NCBI RefSeq assembly: GCF_001194135.2 | Contig: NC_068995.1 | Location: 45,464,769-45,528,768 of the forward strand | Source: Octopus bimaculoides | Taxonomy: Eukaryota | Length of the DNA stretch: 64,000 nucleotides | Reading direction: 5' to 3' | In this document: piece by piece, positions 12,210 through 22,670 of the stretch | Layout of the letters: every line of letters begins with the position of its first letter | How positions within the stretch are numbered: position 1 is the first letter of the stretch | Made by a program: the position numbers and the translations under genes | The notes under the pieces: model-generated | Told to the model about the DNA's origin: nothing | Seen by the model: the letters and a program-made list of their open reading frames with translations, nothing else | Database searches by the model: none

Positions 12210-13571
12210 ATATTCTGAAACCAACTTTTATTAACACCAAATCTGCCAAAACAGGTGTATTCACAAACCTATGTGTACGCCAGCTGAAACAATATTTAAA
12301 AGGAGAGAACACCCCCCATGCCCCCCTTCCCCTCCTCCCTAGTTGGCAGCCTCAGGTGGTGGTTAACTACTGCAACACATGGAACTCACAACATTAACTA
12401 AATCAAGTACCTAACAATGAGATCCATACACATCAGAATAATGGGCGGCAATGATGAATATTAATAATAATCATAATAATAATAATGCTTGCTCTGGCCA
12501 TTTGAAGTTGTTCCCCCATAGTTCTCCCTTTTTTTTCTTTTTTTTCTTATATATATATTTTCAATGAGAGGAATGCTAAAGTTAATGAACATGAAATGAA
12601 ATATACAAATGTGACAGAAACAATGTATGAGTGAGTGGTGTATGTGCATGCATAGTTTGGGGGATTGTTTTTTTTTTGTTTTTTTTGGTTGGGGGTATGT
12701 GTTTGTGTGTGAGTGTGTATATATAGATGTATATAAAGATATATATATATCCATATATATACACACCAGTGAGTTGACGGATATTAAGTTACTCAATAAG
12801 ACAAAAAAAAAAAGTGTTCATAACTAAGAATCAGATAAAATTTTAAGTAGTGCTCTATATAATATGCATGTATGTGCATATGCTTTATATATGCATATAT
12901 AAAATACATGTATACACATGAATATACACCAGATAAACTGAGGTCAGTGAGGTCCAACTGACAACTGGTGATGGTGGTGGTGGCGGCAGGGGGGAAAAAA
13001 AAATTAAAAATTAAAATGTGATAAAGAAAATTCCGCCCATGTTTAGGAAATTGCTTTTTTTTCTCTTTTTTTTTTTGCCTTTCCAACTAACAGCTAAGAT
13101 ATAAAAATAGGCCCTCTACTACCATTAGGATCAATAAAATTAGGAAGTGCAAAGGATAGATGCTGAAATACATAGATCACTATAAAGAAAGAAAATGGAT
13201 TGAAAAGAGCAATGTGGGCAGCAGTGTGCAAAGTGGCGGCATTGCCATTATTAACATGTGCCATAAGCTACAAAAACAGCTATTGTACTCCACATTGAAT
13301 ATACAGCTGCCATCCTACATTTCTGCACCACCCACATAGTAGACATGTTGCCTTTTCTTTTGTTTTTTTTCCCCATTTTTATTTTGTTGTTGTAGGCATT
13401 CTTGCCATTCATATTAACTGAATCTGACTGTTGTATCTTTCCAAACCAACCCCTTTTAACTAAATTTGTTTGTTTGTTTGTTTTCTGTCCCATCCCAAAA
13501 AACCACCCAGCCCTTCTTCCTTCCAATTTTGCCAGCTTCTGCCCTGCTAGAGTTGCCATGCAGTGCAGGCC
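12210..13571 (-). other. HNRNPK: Probable hnRNP K 3' UTR
   Basis: Follows the stop codon; AATAAA at 12232-12227 followed by a long U-rich tract (about 12185-12135). A second AATAAA lies at 13383-13378. The cleavage site is inferred. Confidence 0.6.
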
Positions 13572-13599
13572 TCAAAATTTATCTGAATATTTCCGCACA
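13572..13599 (-). CDS. HNRNPK: hnRNP K coding exon 14 (terminal): (S)VRKYSDKF*
   Basis: Acceptor ttttcag; phase fits exon 13; resembles the human C-terminus SVKQYSGKFF. Confidence 0.9.
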
Positions 13600-14673
13600 C
13601 TGAAAACAAAAAGAGGAAAATGATTTACTATCAAAAAGACAATAATGAAATTAAGTCATTTTCATCAATAAATTACAAAGAAGGAAAAAAAAACCTACTA
13701 GAATTTATATAAAACATAACCTGTAATTACAAGAGAGAGGCTGGGATAGTTAATCTAGCCTCTCCACTATTATTGAATACAATAGTACATTTAACTATAT
13801 AAAAGGATGGCAGTAAAGTTTTATGCTAAAAGTGAATTAGTTGAGATTAAAGGGTAGGGAAAATAAAAAAAAAACATTAAGTGCAGTTGATCATGGTATA
13901 GTGTAGGAAGTTTATAAGAGATTAGTCTACATGTTTTAGTGCATTTCCTACTAACTAGGTGGAGCAATGATGTAGATACACAACACAATGAACAGTAAGT
14001 ATAGGCTTTTGGGTTAGAATCAACTAAATAGTTTTAGAATCCTTAGAAGATCTGAGAAACAAATGTGAAAATAACTTCTCCCACAATTTTGTCAACTCTG
14101 TGGGTACTAACAAAAAGTATTTTCATTATGAGCTAAGATTATTCCTATGTTGTAACTAAAAATTCTCCTTTTCCCACGATTACACACAAGTTCAATAAAT
14201 GCTGTCAGTTAATTCAAAGCTATTTGATTTTTCAGGAACATAGGAATATCAGCTCACAATATACAAGCATACATGTCTTTGAAGTTAGCTACTTATATAT
14301 AATCAAGTACATAAAGCAAAACTAAATTAAACAGAAGAGAAAGTGTCTAATGGTACAATACGAAAGGAAGTTTGCAGGAATTGAACCCTTGAACTTTGTA
14401 GTCAAAACATGTTGGTAAATGCAATTACAGTAAATTGTCTATGAATTAGAGCACAACAACATAGTTTTAGAAATCGGATGTTCCAACAACTGGACATCAC
14501 AAAACAACCATTGTTTTGTCATAGTAGCAATAACCAGGTTATAACTAGATACGATTTTTATAATATTCCTAAGAAGTTCGGAAAGAAATCTAGTTGAGTA
14601 ACTACACTGTGGATGTAGTCTCTAGGATTGTGCTAATCTATCAAGTTGTATGTGAAAAGTCATGTTAAATATT

Positions 14674-14761
14674 TTAACCCTTTTGTTACCAAATTTCTGT
14701 TGCAATACGCTGCCTGTTCCATTTAATTTTGAAAATAAGAGATAGTATCAAAAAAGGTTAA
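14674..14761. mobile_element. Short TTAA-flanked MITE, internally deleted copy
   Basis: TTAACCCTTTTGTTACC...ATCAAAAAAGGTTAA; same ends as 27979-28167 and 48726-48935. Confidence 0.55.
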
Positions 14762-15559
14762 AACCAGTCAGAGTTTGTTTGAGAATGGAAATTAACAGAA
14801 AAGCTATTTATGTCTGAACAAAACACAAAAAACTTTCTGTTTAGCCCAGTTGCTAACTTCTTATCTAAATATCCAACACATTAAAATTCTATTAAGCTTT
14901 ACTTATTTTCATTTACCAACTGATGCCAAAGATTCTACAAACTGACACATCTGCCTAGTTTACCAAAACAAATTTTCAAACTGAGTCACCTGTCTGGAAA
15001 CACCTGTAACTCAGTTTCCAAACTACAAAAATATCTCCAACAAAATAAATCAATGCATTTCATTTCTAAATCAACAAGAACTAACTATTTAGCAATAGAA
15101 ACCATTTTCTGGAATATATGAGTAAGAAAAGGGAAATTGTGTTAGAAAATGTGTTTTTTTTTTTAGCATTTATAAGGGCAATGAATGGTATCCCTTTGTG
15201 TTGTCATTTCAACTTTTTGAGTTTGATTAGTCAAAGACTGGGTTGATTTAATGGGTATTATTGTACTCAGTAAACAAAAACAAAAAAAATTCTGAAACAA
15301 GAACCCATTCTGGTTTATAATTTCAAGAAATTTACTTTTCCCTTAAAATCTTGGCTGTTAAGTAAAATAAAATAAAAAAAAACTGTCCTCAAAATGACAT
15401 TTGCTAACAACTGACTGTGGTCAAACTTAAACTGGAAATGAACACTTTCTATTTGGTTGCCATTTACATCCAGGGAAGCAAAAAAACAAAAACCAGGCCG
15501 CTATGAAAGAATGTGCCATATAAGAGTTCCAATGTTGCAGAATTGTTCTTCAGCGAACA

Positions 15560-15780
15560 ACTGTTATTATCCTGGCAGAACCGTTGGCATGCTGGGCAAA
15601 ATGCTTAGTAGCATTTTGTCCGCCTGTCCTTACTTTCTGAGTTCAAATTCCGCTGAGGTTGACTTTGCCTTTCATCCTTTCAGGGTTGATGAAATAAGTA
15701 CCAGTTGTGCACTGGGGTCGATATAATCGACTTAAACCCTACCCCAAAATTTCAGGCTTCGTTTCTACAATACAAAGGAG
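15560..15780 (+). mobile_element. Octopus SINE (intronic)
   Basis: gagttcaaattccgctgaggttgactttgcctttcatcc...ggggtcgatataatcgactt family core, also at about 45100-45420, 52260-52430 and 57630-57790. Confidence 0.8.
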
Positions 15781-16521
15781 TGTTATCCTGCAATTCATGT
15801 AACTTAACATTTCATACTTAAGTTTCCCATCAATGCACAACCACACTGACAGTAGCTGTTGTAGATAATTTTTATTTCAGCTATGTATGTATTTATATTT
15901 CCTGATTAAAATACTTCCTAAAGACCTTAATTAGAATTTATCTCCAGTTTCAACACAAACCTAACACAAAGGGCAACAAATCACAAGACATTTAATCAAC
16001 ACGTGTATTTATTTATTATTAACTTTGTATGTCAAATCAATTATTAGAATATAATAGTTTATACCAAGTACGCATGGGAACTTTCCTAAAATTGAAATCT
16101 AAAATTTAGGAAGAATTCTAAACCGATTCCGACAAGTTGCTTCAGCTTTCACCGTAATTTCAGTCTGTAAACATGTCATGCACATTTAAACATTTCATTA
16201 TTTTACATTAAAAAAATATTAAATAAAAATTAGTTTGTAACATGCCAATCACAGTACCAGTTCTGGATAGTGGTTATAACAATAGTAGTAGTAGTAGTAA
16301 TAATAATAATAATAATAGTAGCAAACAGTAGTAATAGTAGTAGTAATGACAATAGTAGCAGCAGCAGAAACAGTAGCGGAGCTGAAGGTTAGCAAAGCAG
16401 CAGTGGTGGGCAGCCATCAACAAGGGATCCAGGAGGAGGGGTCAATCGAATGAGTGGCAGTTGTGAGGGAGGGGAGAAGAGGACAGGGATGAGCAAGAGC
16501 TGGTGTTGCTGCTACTTACAT

Positions 16522-16597
16522 CCATGGTTCAGGAAGATAATGATTCATTGTTCTCACACTACACAACAACAAAATTCATTAGTCTTCCAGACCATGG
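16522..16597 (-). ncRNA. mir-7: mir-7 precursor hairpin in the last hnRNP K intron
   Basis: 5p arm UGGAAGACUAAUGAAUUUUGUUGUU (16589-16565) has the intact miR-7 seed and 3' end; 3p arm AACAAUGAAUCAUUAUCUUCCU (16552-16531) pairs with it; basal stem CCAUGGUC/GAACCAUGG; host gene matches the known human and fly arrangement. Confidence 0.93.
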
Positions 16598-17552
16598 GTG
16601 CCAAAGGTTAGTTACAAGCCAAATCCCATCACCAATGTCTCATGCACATCATCGATAATAGCCACCAGATGCCACCCAATGCTAACCAAAAAAAAGCCTA
16701 ACCACACCCATTAAACTGGTACCATCAAAATTTTAAACCTAAAGCTACTTTGTGAAAAAGTAATGGCTACAACAAGAACATTAAGCTTTAGAAGAAACAC
16801 TCCCTTACTTCACAATGTAACACAATAACACACATTTAGATTTTAAGAAATAAATTTGATTTACACATCTGTTACTAATTTTTTTATTTTATTTAAAAGA
16901 CATTTAAACTAAAAATTTAGATTCCAATAAAGTTAATAGATTTTCTAACTTTATAAAAAAAGATTTCAATAAAACAATGCTTTGTTTTTTCCTTACATTG
17001 GATAAATGAGAATTTGTAATTCTTGTTACCACTCTTATCTTAGTGCTTGGTTCTTCTAAAGGTGTTCAGATTGAACCCAGACTTCTCTCTCTCTCTCTCT
17101 CTGGCATATATTATACATTTTGCTAGCTTGCTAAATAAAAACTATACTAATTTATGCTGTGTAAAACCTAAATGGACCAACAATTAGACAAAGATGCAAT
17201 TATCAAATTAACCAAATAGCAAATTCCTTTTGATATAATGTATCAATAATCAAAGCTTTCCTACGAGAGGATGGGAAATCAAGTGGCAACCATTCTATAG
17301 AATTAATTCTTCGTGCACTGGATTTACTTTTAGTAAGAAGTAAAAAAGTTTTAGTGTCACTAAAAAAACAGGTTAGTACATGTGAGTAATGGAAGACGAA
17401 GGTACAGATAGCTAATACAATTTCTAATCAAGGCATTAGTGTCTCTTTTGTTTACAACCAACAGAATGCAATGCAATGAGGAATAGAAGAGAGGAAAGAG
17501 GAGAAACAAATATGAAGAAAAAGACCAAGTTTTTGCCTGGCACTCAACTAAC

Positions 17553-17722
17553 CTGCTCTGCAAGAGAAATTGTGCAGCATCAATTTGTTCTTGAGTTCCT
17601 GTGATAGTAATTATCCGATCACTGGAACCAGGAAGGGCTTCATCTATAACCACTTGGGCTCCAGACTGGCGCCGCACATCAGTAATGCGAGTTCCACATC
17701 TGCCAATAATGGCACCAGCAAG
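17553..17722 (-). CDS. HNRNPK: hnRNP K coding exon 13 (KH3): [56 protein letters not shown]
   Basis: 170 nt, tttag/gttagt; strong similarity to hnRNP K KH3. Confidence 0.96.
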
Positions 17723-17833
17723 CTAAATGGAGGGAGAAAGAAAAGGGACAAAATCCAAAATTACACATGATTCTTTTTAAGAGTAGTCTAGCAAAATTTT
17801 TAACTACAGCGAAACTAATGGAATGAAACTTAC

Positions 17834-17908
17834 CTCTTTGGGAATAGTCACTTGTGTGGTTGTAGTCTGTTCCATACCAAACATCATCCCTTGATTTCCC
17901 ATACCACC
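17834..17908 (-). CDS. HNRNPK: hnRNP K coding exon 12: GGMGNQGMMFGMEQTTTTQVTIPKE
   Basis: 75 nt, ttccag/gtaagt; TTQVTIPK is the start of KH3. Confidence 0.95.
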
Positions 17909-17997
17909 CTGGAAGAAAAAAAAAATAGGAAGGTAATAATAATATCTCAAAATATTTTATCTGAATCACCACAAAATTAATAGCTGAAGTAACTTAC

Positions 17998-18080
17998 CAT
18001 ACTGTCTTGGGCAAAGTTTTGCTGGCCACCATAGAAACCTTGGCCACTGTTTCCTCTTGCAGGATTGCCAAACCTGTTAT
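17998..18080 (-). CDS. HNRNPK: hnRNP K coding exon 11: (D)NRFGNPARGNSGQGFYGGQQNFAQDSM
   Basis: 83 nt, tttcag/gtaagt; phase consistent. Confidence 0.88.
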
Positions 18081-18192
18081 CTGAAAGGGGAAGGGGGGGA
18101 AAAAAAGGGAACATTTTAGGAAAATGTTGATGAAAGAGAAAGTAATAATGCTGAAAAAGAGTAGAGTTTGAGAGAGTCTACAATTGACCTAC

Positions 18193-18239
18193 CTCCTCCA
18201 CGCCCGGCACGAGCACCCATGCTGCCATTCATGGCATTC
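18193..18239 (-). CDS. HNRNPK: hnRNP K coding exon 10: (R)NAMNGSMGARAGRGG
   Basis: 47 nt, tttcag/gtaggt; phase consistent; RGG motif. Confidence 0.87.
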
Positions 18240-19113
18240 CTGAAATTATTGAAATATTTGGCCGATTAATATTTTTAAAGTACAGGTTTGAAATAAATGT
18301 GGAACTAGAAATGAAATAATAGCTACAACATGGAACATTATGAGATAATGAGAAACTAATAAAGTATTTACCATGCAGAGAGACAGAGAGAGAGAGAGAG
18401 AGAGAAAGAGAAAGATTTGATGAATTAGATTCAATAAAGAGATTTGCAGAAGACAGAAATATATTTAGTGAGTTAATGCCGTCTGACTCAACAGAATGAA
18501 GATGTTAGAACTGCTTGGTGCAGGAAAAAGATGTGACTACGTTTACCTTGAGGTGAGTGATATCATTAGAAGAGAGTATAATATTGATTTTAATTGTGAA
18601 ATAGGAATTATAATGAGGAAAGAAAACAATAAAACATTCTTCGAATAACATTTAAATCCTAATTAGGACCATCAGTGATACCTCTAGACAGAAATTTGGG
18701 GAGAGCTAAAAAGGGAAGCTAAGCCTATATGCTATTTTGTGCACGTTTGCCTAGGACAAATAACTCAATCCACAATTAGAACACTTAAGGCCACCATCAA
18801 CTCGTAAGTGCACAGCTTCAAGAGAAATTGGGCAAATACTGAATGAAAAGGCAAAAAAATCAACAAGCTTTCGAAATAAACTTAACCACTAAAAGTAATA
18901 AAATGTGATGAAAATTGGATTGTTGAATTTGTTTTGTTTTGTTTAAAATATCATTGATTAGTTTGCAAGTTTTTTTTGTTTGTAGATTGAACTTGGCTAC
19001 AGAATAATTTTGACAAACTTACAAATTGTTCAAGAGGAATAATCTAACGATGGTTGGGGCCCTCTCTAGAGGTATCTCTGCTGCACAGCACTAGTATGAT
19101 AGAGTGTTATTAC

Positions 19114-19290
19114 CTCATTCCTCCAAGTTCTTGCAGGCCATCATCTCTGCCCCCACTGCCACCGCCACCACTGCCATAGGGGAGAGCAGCACCCATGTTG
19201 TTTCTACCTCCAGTTAGGCTAGGTAGTCCACCCCTGCTCATGGAGCCAGACCCTCCCATGCCCATATCTCCCATTCCTCCAGCAGTACCT
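19114..19290 (-). CDS. HNRNPK: hnRNP K coding exon 9, Gly/Met-rich linker: GTAGGMGDMGMGGSGSMSRGGLPSL...GLQELGGM
   Basis: 177 nt, tttcag/gtaata; open and phase consistent. Confidence 0.88.
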
Positions 19291-20198
19291 CTGAAATTTT
19301 CACAATTCAGACTTATTTACAGCAGAATCCAAAAGTTTGGAGTTCAAATTTAAGCATTTCAAAGCATGAAATATAGAGAATGAAAATCATTGTTTATATA
19401 AAAATTGCCAAAAATCAGTGGCCACAAACTAGTTCACATCTACATATAAAAACTATATCATAAACTGATATTACCTTAATATTGATAAGAGTGAAACTTC
19501 ATTAATACTTAACTTACAATAAAGAGAAAACAAAACCTAAGAAAGAAAAAAAACTGGAGCCATTTTAATTTTTCAGAGAATCTAAGTCAATATTCTAAGA
19601 TATAGTATTACTGACACAAACATATGTTTATGTATCTTTAGGAGATTTTGCATTTCTCTAATATGCAAATATCTTATGAATGGTTAGGATAGAGCTAATG
19701 GAAATTAAATCTATGGATCAAAAGCAGTGGTTAAGGAATTATGTTTTGATCAAAGGCTCACTTTGCTAATAGCTTCGTTTATTAACACTACACTTCTTAA
19801 TTACACTAATGAAGTTACTCAGGTGTGATGAAGAACAAATGAATAAAAAAAAGGGAAATAAAAATGATACAATGAAGAAAATACTTCAAATACTTGATGA
19901 AGGGTTAAGAGATGAAATAATGAAATAAATTTTTAAAAATTAACATTTTTGTAGTTTATACATGAAATAAGGACAAGGGAATTATTTCCCTTAATTTTCA
20001 GGCAAGTCAACTAAATGGGTGACTTAATAAATATATGAATTAGGGAATATTTTATGAAGGTATGTTTTTCAAATGCAGCATTTAAATATGAAAAGTGATC
20101 AAAGATCTTAAGCTTCTACATACTACAGTACTTTAAAAACAATGCTATTTATGATAGTATCTTAATTATTAATATATAAACCTGGAAAGTTAACTTAC

Positions 20199-20377
20199 CG
20201 TCCTCTTATCTGTGGGCTCATCAATGGAGAGACACCTCCTCGTGGTGGTGGTGGCGGGGCACCCCTAGGTAGTTTACCACGGCCCCCCTCTGCAATGGTG
20301 TAACCACCATAGTCATGGGCGTAATACTCATCATAATTGTGTGGATCATATGGCTGGTTAACTCCTTTCGGTGGTGC
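20199..20377 (-). CDS. HNRNPK: hnRNP K coding exon 8: APPKGVNQPYDPHNYDEYYAHDYGGY...PPPPPRGGVSPLMSPQIRG(R)
   Basis: 179 nt, ctgtag/gtaagt; P.KG..QPYDP..YDE....YGG motif typical of hnRNP K. Confidence 0.95.
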
Positions 20378-20518
20378 CTACAGAAGATGGAGAGACCATT
20401 ATACACCAACTGTTGCCTGTTCCTCACACCATGTCATTTACTTTACAATGTATTTGAGAAGAGTTCTGAAACATTTACTATAATATATAATGAAAAACGT
20501 AAAAAAATATTGACTTAC

Positions 20519-20647
20519 CATTTCCAAAAGCTCATAAATAACATTAATGCAAGCTATGACCACAGGAGGTCGACCAGAAATTGCCACAACACGATCAGTG
20601 GACTGGGCACAGCAGGTTGAGTACACCTTGATGTTTGCTCCAGTTTT
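20519..20647 (-). CDS. HNRNPK: hnRNP K coding exon 7 (KH2, second half): KTGANIKVYSTCCAQSTDRVVAISGRPPVVIACINVIYELLEM
   Basis: 129 nt, tttcag/gtaagt. Confidence 0.96.
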
Positions 20648-20773
20648 CTGAAACAAATATTTGATATTTATAGAGATATGTAAGAAAAAAAAACTTCAAC
20701 ATTCAAATAGGGTTAAAATGCAAGAGAACAATATAGACACTAAAGAATGAGGAACACAAAGAAAGATACACAC

Positions 20774-20887
20774 CTCTCTCAACTCTTTGATCTTAAAACC
20801 AGCTCTACCAATAATGCAACCAGCCTGGCTCTGGTGAACCAATATTCTTATTTCACAGTCATATTCATCATTGGAGAACTGTTTGTA
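20774..20887 (-). CDS. HNRNPK: hnRNP K coding exon 6 (KH2, first half): YKQFSNDEYDCEIRILVHQSQAGCIIGRAGFKIKELRE
   Basis: 114 nt, ttgcag/gtgtgt; KH2 signature. Confidence 0.96.
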
Positions 20888-20992
20888 CTGCAACAGAGAT
20901 TGAGCCTTAGATTTTTATCTCAATAATAACACAGAAAAGTGAAGCTTCAATATAGACAATATTTTACAAAAGACTACATGAAATATACATAC

Positions 20993-21065
20993 ATCTTCAA
21001 GGGATGGTATAATGTCTGCCAAACAGTCCAATGCTGTATCTATGTCTGCACCAATTGTCAAAATT
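20993..21065 (-). CDS. HNRNPK: hnRNP K coding exon 5 (end of KH1): ILTIGADIDTALDCLADIIPSLED
   Basis: 73 nt, ttacag/gtatgt; resembles human [24 protein letters not shown]. Confidence 0.95.
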
Positions 21066-22626
21066 CTGTAAAATGTAAAAGGGATTTGAAATAATTATAG
21101 CTGTAGAAAACAATGTAACAGTCAAGATGTCTTTTATTTAAAAAAAAAATTAAAAAAATAAAAATACCAATTTACTAGACTGGTATGCAGATTAATAACT
21201 AAGTGCATAATCCATCTGAATGTTCAAATGGATAAAAATAAAATAAAATAAAATAAACTAACTGACTGTCGTACTAAATGTTCACGATATGCTGTGTAGA
21301 TGAATGAACTACAGTTACTTAGTTACTGAAATCTAGTTGTAACCTTTCAGCAGCTATATCATCTAGAGACCTTGGAATTTAGTCCTTACAAACATTGGAG
21401 TTTATTGTTTAACAAATTCATATTATGTAGATATATATATGTATATATAAACCAAACGGTATTTAAGACTCTGAGCTGTGTCACATTTCATATCAAGCTG
21501 TCTATTAAGTGGGAATGGTTAAGTGCAGAAGAAACCCAAAGCTTAGAATGTAATGAATTAAATTACTAGAATATTAGCTTTGATAAATTAGGTCTTTGAC
21601 AGTGATGATGTTTTCCTTTAAGTGACATGAAGCAAGTTCTAATAAATTAGTAAATCTCAAAAGGAAAATAAAATATTTATAAATATACATTAATACTTTT
21701 TTTTTTTTTAATTAAGAAATATAATTAAGCAAGGGGAATTTGGAGTATGAGAATTTAATATTAAAAAAAAAAACCATGAATAAGATGAAACTAAAAATAA
21801 ATAAAAAACCACTAAATACCCAAAGTAATTGTTAGGCTGTTTAAACCCATGCCCTTTCATTTTTAAGCAGAGATCTCCACTGATACAGAACTCAATGACT
21901 TAAGAATAAATATATACAACTATCTTTACAATTCACAGAGCACATACAACTTTTCAAGTGTCATCCACTAACTTGGAGGATAGTAATAATAGCTGCTGGT
22001 TTAACACTTCCATATTAAAAGAAAACTATATTAGAGTTATGATAGACATCTAAATTACAATATGAATTGTATAAAAAAAAAAAAAAGTCAAGTTGTTGAT
22101 CACTTAGTGAATTGCAGTAGAAAATAGAAACCCGTGATGAAAAAGCAAATAAACATTTTTTTTTTTTTTTAATATTTTATTTTTTGAAGCTGTAACAAGG
22201 AACTATTATGAGTATGAAGTACCCAATTTTAGATTTGGTCGTTGACTGGGAATCGTTGGGTGGGATGGACTGAATATTAATACATCTAGCAGGGAGTAAT
22301 GCAGATTCCAAGTTATTGAGCTCTGTATGTGGTTATTTCCCAAGATCCTAACTAGCTAGCTACATTTACTGGGTATAAGAGAGAATATGAGAGAGAGAGA
22401 GAGAGAAAAAGAAATTTAGAGGGTGACAGAAGAGTGGGAAAATAAATTTAAATAGAAGAAAAAAAATAAAGAACTAAAGAGTGAATGACATCAGATAAGT
22501 TTTGAAAGGGTGGGAAGAAAAAAATGTAAAAACAGTGTGGAGAAAAAAGAACTTACAATGGGCTTTTAACATTATGAAACAGTTATTAATAAAATGTGTA
22601 GTAGTACAATGCAGTAGGGTGCATAC

Positions 22627-22670
22627 CGTTCAGGGCCGGTGCAATCGGGCACTGTAACACTTGCTTTGAA
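22627..22670 (-). CDS. HNRNPK: hnRNP K coding exon 4 (KH1): FKASVTVPDCTGPE(R)
   Basis: 44 nt, atgcag/gtatgc; resembles human YNASVSVPDSSGPER. Confidence 0.95.

Noticed and set aside
12210-13571. miR-7 seed match (GUCUUCC) in the host 3' UTR
   Set aside because: None found on inspection, so a direct miR-7 to host feedback is not supported
22557-22562. Possible 6-nt in-frame microexon (aaag|CCCATT|gtaagt)
   Set aside because: The upstream intron would be only about 64 nt with no pyrimidine tract; an alternative donor is the simpler reading
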